Positions 63,663 to 64,000 of a DNA stretch of 64,000 bases are shown piece by piece (position 1 is the stretch's first letter; every line of letters begins with the position of its first letter). Source of the DNA: an uncultured bacterium (GTDB taxonomy: Bacteria > B130-G9); the NCBI GenBank assembly GCA_965372715.1, contig CBDVDH010000010.1, positions 1-64,000 of the forward strand, read 5' to 3'. The translations under genes and the position numbers were made by a program. The notes beneath the pieces are model-generated. The model was not told the origin of the DNA and did not search any database. It saw nothing but the letters and a program-made list of their open reading frames with translations.

Positions 63663-64000
63663 ATGGGCATCACGTATGCCAATGAAACAATTTGCGTAAC
63701 AGGCGGCAGCCAGGACGACCCATACACGATGGCGGACCTCGATGCGGACGGAACCGTAGGCACTTACATCACGCCGGGCGGGTACGCGAACAAAGAATAC
63801 TCCGTCAGCAAGGACCTGGTCATCGGCTCGGAGGACGCGGACACGTTCTTTGACCTCTCGGGCAGCATCATCAAGATGGACCCCGGCAAATACCTGACCG
63901 TCTATACAACGGCCCTTCGCGGTGGCAGCATGGGCCCGACGTTCGCCGAGACTGTCAGTGGCATGGGAACCATTCCGTTCACCGAGGAGAAGACGCAGAA
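63663..64000 (+). CDS. Hypothetical protein, 5' part only
   Basis: RBS AGGAGG; open frame MGITYANETICVTGGSQDDPYTMADL... to the window end. Confidence 0.7.
   Translation, partial: MGITYANETICVTGGSQDDPYTMADLDADGTVGTYITPGGYANKEYSVSKDLVIGSEDADTFFDLSGSIIKMDPGKYLTVYTTALRGGSMGPTFAETVSGMGTIPFTEEKTQ

Overview
Bacterial chromosomal window (standard code, since many genes end in TGA). It has four blocks. (1) 1-16.7 kb: a surface-glycan cluster with three tandem GT2 paralogues, GT4, two SAM methyltransferases (one fused to a 4Fe-4S domain), a pyruvyl-transferase, an MsbA/PglK-like ABC exporter, a WbpB/D/E/A-type diacetamido-uronic acid pathway and two gene remnants. (2) 17-49.9 kb, minus strand: the tuf-secE-nusG-rplKAJL-rpoBC-str-S10-spc-alpha superoperon, with unusual RNA polymerase subunits. 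RpoC carries extra copies of its own ~45-aa module plus a double Zn-ribbon, RpoB lacks the RPGEPP gate-loop motif, and RpoA has a ~165-aa charged tail. (3) 50.3-56.8 kb: a gene that splits the normally contiguous tRNA-Thr/Tyr/Gly/Thr cluster. Reading through an in-frame TGA gives a ~2168-aa secreted protein with a signal peptide, a TlpA/AhpC-type thioredoxin domain with a UxxC (selenocysteine) site followed by a SECIS-like hairpin, ~16 Ig-like repeats, an ASH-like domain and two terminal domains. This is the best candidate for an undescribed system: a giant surface-stalk selenoprotein. One of its repeats contains an in-frame copy of a 42-bp palindromic element otherwise found between ribosomal genes. 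(4) 57-64 kb: ispF, ispD, a PIN/TRAM protein, a LysM lipoprotein, a divergent Ser/Thr kinase-TPR protein and the start of an unknown gene. All calls come from reading the sequence and recalled family motifs; no searches were run.
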